Source of the DNA: Desulfatiglandales bacterium
GTDB taxonomy: Bacteria; Desulfobacterota; DSM-4660; Desulfatiglandales; Desulfatiglandaceae
Assembly (NCBI GenBank): GCA_963662465.1
Contig: OY759599.1
Location: 5,216,001-5,280,000 of the forward strand
DNA: 64,000 nucleotides
Reading direction: 5' to 3'
Positions within the stretch are counted from its first letter, which is position 1, and each line of letters opens with the position of its first letter. Positions 35,736 through 43,525 of this stretch are shown here, piece after piece. The translations under genes were made by a program, and so were the position numbers. A model generated the notes under the pieces. It ran no database searches. It was not told the origin of the DNA and saw only the letters and a list, made by a program, of their open reading frames with translations.

Positions 35736-37124
35736 ATGAAACAATTTGGTAAAGCAAAACATATCCATTTCGTGGGGATTGGAGGAATCGGCATGAGCGG
35801 TCTGGCCGAACTCCTGATCAACCTGGGCTACAGCGTCAGTGGTTCCGATCTGAAAGATTCCGCGGCCACCCGAAGACTCTCCCACATGGGGTGTCGGACT
35901 TTCAAGGGCCACGACCGTCATCACGTAAAAGGGGCGGACGTAGTGGTCTACTCTTCAGCGGTCGGTCTTCAGAACCCGGAAATACTGGAAGCCAAAGACG
36001 GTTATGTTCCCGTTATCCCCAGGGCCGAAATGCTGTCGGAACTCATGCGACTGAAGTATGGCGTGGCCATCGCGGGCGCCCATGGCAAAACCACCACCAC
36101 ATCGATGGTCGCCTCCATATTGACCAAGGGGGAACTCGATCCCACAGTCGTCATCGGCGGGCGCCTCGATATCTGGGGAGGGTCCAATGCCAAACTGGGT
36201 CAGGGGGATATCCTGGTAGCCGAAGCGGACGAAAGCGACGGCTCATTTCTCGCATTATCGCCCACCATCGCGGTGGTGACCAACATCGATCACGAGCATA
36301 TGGACCATTATGGCGATATAGCGGCCATTCGCCGAACCTTCGTGGACTTCATCAATAAAATCCCATTTTACGGAACCGCCATCCTCTGTCAGGATAACGA
36401 AGAAATTCAAGGAATTATCCCCAAGCTCAGGAAGAGGTACATCACTTACGGCATGAGCACCCAGGCCGACCTCAGGGGAAAAGATTTGGAAAATGAGAAA
36501 TGGGGCACCAGCCTGGAAGTGATCTACCGGAATCACTCCATGGGCAGAATTTCCGTGGGAATACCCGGCGAACACAATGCGTTAAACGCCCTGGCGGCAA
36601 CCGCCGTGGGCCTTGAACTTGACTTGGAAATGGGGGTCATCAGAGAGGGGCTCAGCGCACTGGGTGGTCTCGCACGACGCCTTCAGATCAAAGGGGAACA
36701 AAACGGCGTTCTGGTGTTGGATGATTACGGACATCATCCCACCGAAATCATGGCGACCCTTAAAACGGTGAAAGCTTGCTGGTCGGAAAGACGGATGGTC
36801 GTCCTGTTCCAGCCTCACCGGTATACCCGCACCCAGGCGTTACTGGAGCGTTTCGTAATCGCGTTTAATGATGCGGATGTGCTTCTGGTAACCCCCATCT
36901 ATCCCGCGGGAGAACAACCCATCGAAGGGATCACCGCGAAAAACCTGGTGAAGGGCATCAAAGACCACGGGCACAAAGACGTGATGTTCTGCGCCGACCC
37001 GGAAAAGATCGTTTCCACATTGGAAAAACTGACGAAACCGGGCGATCTGGTATTAACACTGGGAGCGGGTAACATCCACAAAGAAGGAGAACGGTTTTTG
37101 GAGCTCTTAGCTGTTAGCCATTAG
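35736..37124 (+). CDS. murC: UDP-MurNAc:L-Ala ligase
   Basis: IHFVGIGGIGMSG, GAHGKTTT, EADESD, DDYGHHPTE, FQPHRYTRT. Confidence 0.97.
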   Translation: MKQFGKAKHIHFVGIGGIGMSGLAELLINLGYSVSGSDLKDSAATRRLSHMGCRTFKGHDRHHVKGADVVVYSSAVGLQNPEILEAKDGYVPVIPRAEMLSELMRLKYGVAIAGAHGKTTTTSMVASILTKGELDPTVVIGGRLDIWGGSNAKLGQGDILVAEADESDGSFLALSPTIAVVTNIDHEHMDHYGDIAAIRRTFVDFINKIPFYGTAILCQDNEEIQGIIPKLRKRYITYGMSTQADLRGKDLENEKWGTSLEVIYRNHSMGRISVGIPGEHNALNALAATAVGLELDLEMGVIREGLSALGGLARRLQIKGEQNGVLVLDDYGHHPTEIMATLKTVKACWSERRMVVLFQPHRYTRTQALLERFVIAFNDADVLLVTPIYPAGEQPIEGITAKNLVKGIKDHGHKDVMFCADPEKIVSTLEKLTKPGDLVLTLGAGNIHKEGERFLELLAVSH

Positions 37125-37158
37125 CTTTTCGCTAACAGCTGACAGCTAAGAGCTAACA
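37102..37158. repeat. inverted heptamer tracts forming a 24-bp hairpin at murC/murB
   Basis: AGCTCTTAGCTGTTAGCCATTAGC-ttttc-GCTAACAGCTGACAGCTAAGAGCT (21/24 matches). Confidence 0.9.
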
Positions 37159-37162
37159 ATCC

Positions 37163-38065
37163 ATGGATATTCGTCAAAAAGCGGAACTTGAGCGTTTAAC
37201 GGGAGAACGAATCGAATTCGATTATCCCATGGGTCACCTCACCACTTTTCAGGTGGGCGGACCCGCTGAAGCGTTTTGGAAAGCACGGGACCTTGAAACA
37301 TTGAAAAAGGTCATGGCGTACCTTTCCATGGAGGGGATTCCATACGGTGTATTGGGCAGGGGAAGCAACCTGCTGATAAAAGACGAAGGCATCGACGGGG
37401 TCATGATTCTTTTGACGGACTTTTTCGCGACCATCAACGATAGCGACAATGGGGTCTGGGCGGGCGGAGGGGTTCACCTCGCTGAGCTATTGAGGTGGTG
37501 TCGGCGAAACGCCATGGGGGGTCTGGAATTTCTGGCGGGAATACCCGGGACCGTCGGAGGCGCGGTGATCATGAATGCTGGGGCTTTCGGACAAGAGATC
37601 AATGAAAGAATTCAAGCCATTCAATGGGTCACCCCTTGGGGCATGCAAATGAAAAGGGATCGTACGGAACTCAACTTCTCATACCGTCGCCTTCACTTGG
37701 AAACGGGCAATGTGGTGACAAATGCCTGCTTTTCCCTGGATTGTGTCACGCAGAAAATGGTGTCCGAACGAATGGGCGAACATCTTAAAATCCGAAAACA
37801 AACGCAGCCCCTCGAATATCCAAACGCCGGCTCCGTGTTTAAAAACCCACCCGGGGATTTTGCGGGCAGGCTCATTGAAAAAGCGGGACTCAAGGGAAAA
37901 AAAATCGGCGGCGCCATGATATCTGAAAAGCATGCTAATTTCATTGTGAACAAAGGGGGGGCGACCGCCAAAGATATTCTAACGCTCATGGACCTGGTCC
38001 GCATGGCGGTCAAACGGATGGCGGGCGTGAGCATGGAGACTGAAATACGGGTTTTGGGAAAATAG
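37163..38065 (+). CDS. murB: UDP-N-acetylenolpyruvoylglucosamine reductase
   Basis: TTFQVGGPA, GRGSNLL, GLEFLAGIPGTVGGA.MNAGA, QP, AGSVFKNP, SEKHANF. Confidence 0.95.
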   Translation: MDIRQKAELERLTGERIEFDYPMGHLTTFQVGGPAEAFWKARDLETLKKVMAYLSMEGIPYGVLGRGSNLLIKDEGIDGVMILLTDFFATINDSDNGVWAGGGVHLAELLRWCRRNAMGGLEFLAGIPGTVGGAVIMNAGAFGQEINERIQAIQWVTPWGMQMKRDRTELNFSYRRLHLETGNVVTNACFSLDCVTQKMVSERMGEHLKIRKQTQPLEYPNAGSVFKNPPGDFAGRLIEKAGLKGKKIGGAMISEKHANFIVNKGGATAKDILTLMDLVRMAVKRMAGVSMETEIRVLGK

Positions 38066-38082
38066 GGGGCAAAGGGATCAAA

Positions 38083-38919
38083 ATGGGAAAAAGCCAAAAA
38101 GAGCATAAGGTCCGGACAAATAAACCGGCCAAGAGGCAAAAGGCTTCAAAGCCCCCCATTTCAGGCATTATTCAGAGCATAAGTTCAGAGCTTTTCAAGG
38201 TGTTCGTGTTTCTGTCGGTTTTAACCGTAATCAGCTTGACCTTTGTGATGCTTTACAACTATCTGCTCACTTCCCCCTATATGAAGCTGGAGACTGTGGA
38301 AATTCGAGGGGTTGACGAAACCACTAAAAATGAACTGGTTCAAATGTGCGGGCTGAATCTGGAACAGGGACTTCTGGGTCTTAAATTGGAATTTTTGAAA
38401 CGAAAAATGGAGATGCACCCATGGGTCAGGACAGCGACCGTGGAAAGACACTTTCCGCACACCTTGATCGTTGAAGTGGAAAAAGAGAAACCGGTAGCGG
38501 TGGTCCTGTTGGACAAACTGTTTTACATGAATCAATGGGGGCATCTGTTTAAAGCGGTCTCACCCACGGAGAAAATAGACCTACCCATTGTTACGGGCTT
38601 ATCAGCAACGGACGCCGACCAAAGGGAAAGCCTGGATCAAACCGCTCATGTATTGACCGTCCTGGCGCCGGAAGAAGACCGTTGGTCCCTTGAAAACCTG
38701 TCCGAAATACACCTGAAGAAAAATGGAGAGATGTCCCTGTACTTCAGTCATATCCGAGCCGCAATCAATGTTAACTGGGACAATCTGGCCCGCAATATGG
38801 AAGGGCTGAAACAGGTCACAACGCATTTAAGCAAATCGGGGAAAATCAACCTTGCGACCCAAATTGACCTGAACCATGTGGATGGCGCGGTGGTCTCTTT
38901 TGAAAAGAAACAGGGTTGA
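38083..38919 (+). CDS. ftsQ: cell division protein FtsQ/DivIB
   Basis: TM + POTRA (HPWV..A.V.R.FP..L.V.V.E..P.A); position upstream of ftsA. Confidence 0.9.
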   Translation: MGKSQKEHKVRTNKPAKRQKASKPPISGIIQSISSELFKVFVFLSVLTVISLTFVMLYNYLLTSPYMKLETVEIRGVDETTKNELVQMCGLNLEQGLLGLKLEFLKRKMEMHPWVRTATVERHFPHTLIVEVEKEKPVAVVLLDKLFYMNQWGHLFKAVSPTEKIDLPIVTGLSATDADQRESLDQTAHVLTVLAPEEDRWSLENLSEIHLKKNGEMSLYFSHIRAAINVNWDNLARNMEGLKQVTTHLSKSGKINLATQIDLNHVDGAVVSFEKKQG

Positions 38920-38928
38920 ATGGTATGG

Positions 38929-39058
38929 AGCTGTTAGGTGTTAGCCGTTAGCTGTTAGCTGTTAGCTTAAAAAGCGGTAGATGTCATTTTCATTATTTGG
39001 GGATAAATGCCTGAGTGGCTCATGAACGTTTGGCTAACTGCTAACAGCTTAAAGCTAA
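38929..39058 (+). repeat. heptamer tracts in inverted orientation flanking copy B of the ~90-bp element
   Basis: (AGCTGTT-like)x6, core AAAGCGGTAGATGTCATTTTCAT...TCATGAACGTTT, then (GCTAACW-like)x4. Confidence 0.9.
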
Positions 39059-39088
39059 ATTAACCGGGAAAAATGGGGTAAAACTTTT

Positions 39089-40312
39089 ATGAGTATGAAC
39101 ATTATTGTAGGCCTGGATATCGGCACCACCAAAATCTGTGCGGTAGTGGGGGAAGTTCACCCTGAAGGCGTGGAAATCATCGGGATGGGAAGTCATCCCT
39201 CGGATGGCCTCAGAAAGGGTGTGGTCATCAACATCGAGAATACCGTGAATTCCATTAAGGCGGCCATTGGAGAGGCGGAAACCATGGCTGGTTGTGAAAT
39301 TAGTTCCGTATATGCCGGTATCGCGGGCGGACATATCAAGGGATTCAACACACCGGGAATCATTGCCCTCAAAGAGAAAGAGGTCACCCAAAAAGACATC
39401 GATCGGGTCATCGAAGCAGCCAGCGCCGTGGCCATTCCCATGGACCGCGAGGTCATCCACACGCTGGTCCAGGAATTTATTGTAGACGACCAGGACGGCA
39501 TTGTGGACCCCCTGGGCATGTCGGGCGTTCGTTTGGAAGCCAAGGTCCACATCGTTACCGCTGCGGTCACTTCCGCGCAAAACATCATCAAATGCGCCAA
39601 CAGGGCGGGACTTGACGTCTATGACATCGTGCTGGAATCCCTGGCATCCAGCGAGGCGGTCCTTTCAAAGGAAGAGCGTAACCTGGGCGCGGCACTGATC
39701 GACTTTGGGGGAGGAACGACCGATCTAGCCCTGTTTGCCAGAGGCGCCATCAAACACACCTCGGTTCTGGCCCTTGGCGGGGACAATCTGACCTACGACA
39801 TCGCGGTGGGTCTTAGAACACCCAGGCTGGAAGCGGAAAAAATAAAGATCCAGTATGGGTGCGCCCTTTCGTCCATGATCGGCAAGGATGAAACCATTGA
39901 GGTTCCCGGGGTTGGCGGCAGAAAGCCAAGGACACTATCCAGACAGATCCTGGGAGAAATTCTGGAACCCAGGGTCGAGGAGATATTCACCCTGATTTAC
40001 CAGGAACTCGTCCGTTCGGGATACGATGATCTGGCCAGTTCGGGCGTGGTCGTGACAGGCGGATCCGCCGAACTCCCGGGCATCAGCGAAATGGCCGAGC
40101 AGATATTCAGCGCCCCGTCCCGTGTGGGCTATCCCCAGGAAATCAACGGTCTTACAGACATGATTAACAAGCCCATGTATGCCACGGCCATCGGCCTCGT
40201 CCTATACGGCGCCAAAACCAACAAGCAGAAAAAGAAGTTTAGAATTCGAGATTCCAACATTTTTCATCTGGTAATGGTCAGAATGAAAAGATGGTTTAAG
40301 GATATTGTTTAA
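39089..40312 (+). CDS. ftsA: cell division protein FtsA
   Basis: VGLDIGTTKI, GLRKG, P.GMSGVRLE, DFGGGTTD, VTGG, YATAIGL. Confidence 0.97.
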   Translation: MSMNIIVGLDIGTTKICAVVGEVHPEGVEIIGMGSHPSDGLRKGVVINIENTVNSIKAAIGEAETMAGCEISSVYAGIAGGHIKGFNTPGIIALKEKEVTQKDIDRVIEAASAVAIPMDREVIHTLVQEFIVDDQDGIVDPLGMSGVRLEAKVHIVTAAVTSAQNIIKCANRAGLDVYDIVLESLASSEAVLSKEERNLGAALIDFGGGTTDLALFARGAIKHTSVLALGGDNLTYDIAVGLRTPRLEAEKIKIQYGCALSSMIGKDETIEVPGVGGRKPRTLSRQILGEILEPRVEEIFTLIYQELVRSGYDDLASSGVVVTGGSAELPGISEMAEQIFSAPSRVGYPQEINGLTDMINKPMYATAIGLVLYGAKTNKQKKKFRIRDSNIFHLVMVRMKRWFKDIV

Positions 40313-40335
40313 CCCTAAAGAAAGAGGAGGGAGCA

Positions 40336-41640
40336 ATGAAATTTGAATTTGTCGATGAAGTGGAAAAAGGGACTTACCGTGCCAGAATTAAGGTTCTGGG
40401 TATTGGCGGCGCCGGGGGAAATGCCATCAACAACATGATTACATCCGACCTGCGAGGCGTGGAATTTGTTGTCGCCAACACGGATTGCCAGGATCTTGAT
40501 CGCTCATCCTGCACCCGAAAAATTCAGTTGGGCCCTGAGATCACTATGGGCCTTGGCGCCGGCGCCGATCCGGAAGTGGGCAGAACATCCGCGGAAGAGA
40601 GCCTCACTGAAATCAGGGAAGCGCTGGATCAATCCGATATGGTCTTTATAACGGCGGGGATGGGCGGCGGAACGGGTACCGGCGCCTCCCCCGTGGCAGC
40701 CAGGGAAAGCAAGGAAAATGGTTCGCTTACCGTAGCCGTGGTCACCAAACCCTTCGAGTTTGAAGGGGACGAACGAATGAAGCAGGCATTAGAGGGCATC
40801 GAACAGCTTAAAAAGGAAGTTGACAGCATTATCGTGATTCCCAATGAACGGCTCAACACCATCGGAGAAGAAGGCGCCTCCTTCAAGGAACTGATCACCA
40901 GAGCGGATGATGTCCTGCTTCAAGCGGTCAAGGGGATTTCGGACATCAGCAGCAGCGTGGGCTTCATTAACCTGGATTTTGCCGATGTCAGGAAGGTCAT
41001 GAGCAAAACCGGAACGGCCATCATGGGCATGGGCCGGGCATCGGGAGAAAAGCGAGCCGTTGAAGCAGCGCAGCAGGCCATTAACAGCCCCCTTTTAGAG
41101 GATATTTCCATTGAGGGCGCAAAGGGACTTTTGATGAACCTGACCGGCCCTTCCGACATGACCATGAAAGAAGTAAAAGAAGCCTCGACGTATATCAAAA
41201 ATGAAGCAAAGGATGCAGCGGTATTCTGGGGTCTGGTCTATGACGACAATATGGGAGATGAAATTCAAGTAACCGTTGTTGCCACTGGAATAGATGGGTT
41301 CGAAGATAAAAAATCCCGTGGTCGCGTCGTGGACATGAACGAGCGAGTTCGGAAATCCATTCAGGATTACGATAATGTGGTCAACCTGAGGGATGTGACC
41401 ATTGAAGATTTTGAAGAGGATTGGAGCGTAAAAAAAGACGGCGTACCCCTGGACAACCCCACTTTCGACGGCATATCCCTGGATACCCCCACTTTCCAAA
41501 GAAAGGGATTGAACCCTGAAAATGATTTTGATGAAAAATTGGAGAAGAAAAAGAAAAAGAATTTTTTTGATAGATTCCGCAATAAGAGTAATCTGGATTG
41601 TCCCACTTTCATGCGCAAAAGTGAATTAAACCGTGTCTGA
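40336..41640 (+). CDS. ftsZ: cell division GTPase FtsZ
   Basis: GIGGAGGNA, GLGAGADP, GMGGGTGTG, TKPF.FEG, INLDFADV. Confidence 0.98.
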   Translation: MKFEFVDEVEKGTYRARIKVLGIGGAGGNAINNMITSDLRGVEFVVANTDCQDLDRSSCTRKIQLGPEITMGLGAGADPEVGRTSAEESLTEIREALDQSDMVFITAGMGGGTGTGASPVAARESKENGSLTVAVVTKPFEFEGDERMKQALEGIEQLKKEVDSIIVIPNERLNTIGEEGASFKELITRADDVLLQAVKGISDISSSVGFINLDFADVRKVMSKTGTAIMGMGRASGEKRAVEAAQQAINSPLLEDISIEGAKGLLMNLTGPSDMTMKEVKEASTYIKNEAKDAAVFWGLVYDDNMGDEIQVTVVATGIDGFEDKKSRGRVVDMNERVRKSIQDYDNVVNLRDVTIEDFEEDWSVKKDGVPLDNPTFDGISLDTPTFQRKGLNPENDFDEKLEKKKKKNFFDRFRNKSNLDCPTFMRKSELNRV

Positions 41641-43426
41641 CGACATCACCGCCCTTTATCGCGCCATATTGGCGAAAGAAAAAGGCGTCATTCGAAAAGA
41701 TTGGGGAGGGAAGCTTTCCATTGCAGTGGCATTCCCCAACTACTATCGATTGGGCATGTCGAATCTGGGGCTACAGATTGTCTACCGTCTTCTGAACGAA
41801 AGACCCGATGTGGTCGCCGAGCGTTTTTTTCTGCCTGAAGGTCAGGAAATGGCCCGTTATCTTCGGTCCGGAGAACCTCTCCTTTCCATGGAAAGTCAAA
41901 CGCCGCTAACGAACTTTGATCTGGCGGCTTTCTCCCTTTCCTTTGAAAACGATTACCCGAACGTTCTTCAAATGTTGGAAATGGGAAAAGTGCCCCTGCT
42001 TTCGGAAGAAAGAACAGAACACGATCCTTTTGTTATGGCGGGAGGCGTTGCCTCTTTTCTAAACCCGGAGCCTTTAGCGCCCTTTATGGATTTTTTTCTT
42101 CTGGGCGAAGCGGAGATCAACCTTGACCCATTTGTGGATACCTTTCTGGAATTTGGCAGTAGAGACAAGGCATGCCTTGTCTCTACACATAAACGAAAGG
42201 ATGTCCTCCTACATTTGGCAAAAAATGTACCGGGCCTTTATGTGCCGTCCCTCTATGAACCGGCATACCAAAAAGACGGGACACTGAAATATTTCATCCC
42301 GCTTAAAAAGAACGTTCCCGAGAAAATCCAGTCGCCCTCTTCTCTTGAGGGAGGATTTGCGAATGGGGGAATGCCGCTTTCATGTATTACCACGCCGGAC
42401 ACGGAGTTTGGCGATAAGATCCTGATGGAGGTGGGGAGAGGATGTGGGCATGCGTGCCGTTTCTGTGCGGCAGGGTATATTTATCGGCCGCCGCGGGTGT
42501 ATGAAACATCCACACTTCGCGATGGCCTGGCCACGGCCCTGGAACGATGTTCCCAGGTGGGTCTGGTGAGTGCCGCCGTATCGGACACGCCGGGAATTGA
42601 AGAACTGATGGCCATGATTCTGGATCGGGATGCTAAGTTTTCAGTGTCGTCCATGAGGGCCGAAAGCCTGACCCGGGGGATGCTTGAACATCTGAAAAAG
42701 TCGGGTCAAAAAACGGTTGCCATTGCGCCGGAAGCAGGAAGCCGGAGACTTCGAAAGATCATCAACAAACATTTAACGGAAGAGCAGATTGTTGACGCCG
42801 TTCGCATGATCTCAAGCGTCAGCGATTTTTCCATAAGGCTTTACTTTCTCATGGGACTTCCCACCGAGACCCCCCGTGATGTGAATGAAATTTCGGATCT
42901 GGTCAAACGGATCAAACACCACATGGTGAAAGAATCGGGCGCCAGGGGGAAAATCGGGCGCATTAAACTCAGCGTCAACTGTTTTATTCCTAAACCCTTT
43001 ACCCCGTTTCAGTGGTTCGCCATGGAAGAAGCGGGATCGCTCAAAAAGAAACAACAGCGGCTGAAAAAGTCGCTCATCAAATCCGGGGGCATTGTAGTCA
43101 ATTCAGACGTTCCCAAATGGGCCTATATTCAGGCGTTGCTCTCACTGGGGGACAGGCGGGTCGGCGCCATACTGCAAGGGGCTCACGACTTGAAAGGCAA
43201 CTGGAACAAAGCCATGCGGCTTTCTCCGATAAACCCTGATTTTTTCGTGTACCGCCCAAAAAACCTGGATGAACTCCTTCCGTGGGATTTTATTGATCAC
43301 GGAATCACAAAAAAGCATCTTCAAACAGAATACCGCCTTGCCCTTGAGGGCAAACAATCGGATATCTGCAAGGTAGGAGAATGCTTTCGTTGCGGGGCAT
43401 GCCGGGGCAGAGCATCAATTGTGTAG
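41633..43426 (+). CDS. radical SAM protein (TIGR03960-like)
   Basis: FPNYY.LGMSNLG, GRGCGHACRFC (CxxxCxxC), APEAGS.RLR..INK, FIPKPFTPFQW, C-terminal C..C..CGAC. Confidence 0.85.
   Translation: MSDDITALYRAILAKEKGVIRKDWGGKLSIAVAFPNYYRLGMSNLGLQIVYRLLNERPDVVAERFFLPEGQEMARYLRSGEPLLSMESQTPLTNFDLAAFSLSFENDYPNVLQMLEMGKVPLLSEERTEHDPFVMAGGVASFLNPEPLAPFMDFFLLGEAEINLDPFVDTFLEFGSRDKACLVSTHKRKDVLLHLAKNVPGLYVPSLYEPAYQKDGTLKYFIPLKKNVPEKIQSPSSLEGGFANGGMPLSCITTPDTEFGDKILMEVGRGCGHACRFCAAGYIYRPPRVYETSTLRDGLATALERCSQVGLVSAAVSDTPGIEELMAMILDRDAKFSVSSMRAESLTRGMLEHLKKSGQKTVAIAPEAGSRRLRKIINKHLTEEQIVDAVRMISSVSDFSIRLYFLMGLPTETPRDVNEISDLVKRIKHHMVKESGARGKIGRIKLSVNCFIPKPFTPFQWFAMEEAGSLKKKQQRLKKSLIKSGGIVVNSDVPKWAYIQALLSLGDRRVGAILQGAHDLKGNWNKAMRLSPINPDFFVYRPKNLDELLPWDFIDHGITKKHLQTEYRLALEGKQSDICKVGECFRCGACRGRASIV
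42159..42186. repeat. perfect 28-bp GTAG palindrome inside a CDS
   Basis: GTAGAGACAAGGCATGCCTTGTCTCTAC equals its own reverse complement. Confidence 0.9.
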
Positions 43427-43455
43427 GTTGGGGCTCATTCTTCACCCCAACCTAC
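43423..43455. repeat. GTAG-type REP hairpin containing the radical SAM stop codon
   Basis: GTAGGTTGGGG-11 nt-CCCCAACCTAC. Confidence 0.8.
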
Positions 43456-43525
43456 GGGCTGAATGATCTCCGCGCCCGTATCCCCGTCTTACAGGAATTC
43501 GTGCCAGTGGTTTTAAAAAGCATCC

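Noticed and set aside
38065..38083. ddl missing between murB and ftsQ
   Set aside because: ddl is often located outside the dcw cluster; there is no remnant here and the rest of the genome cannot be judged.
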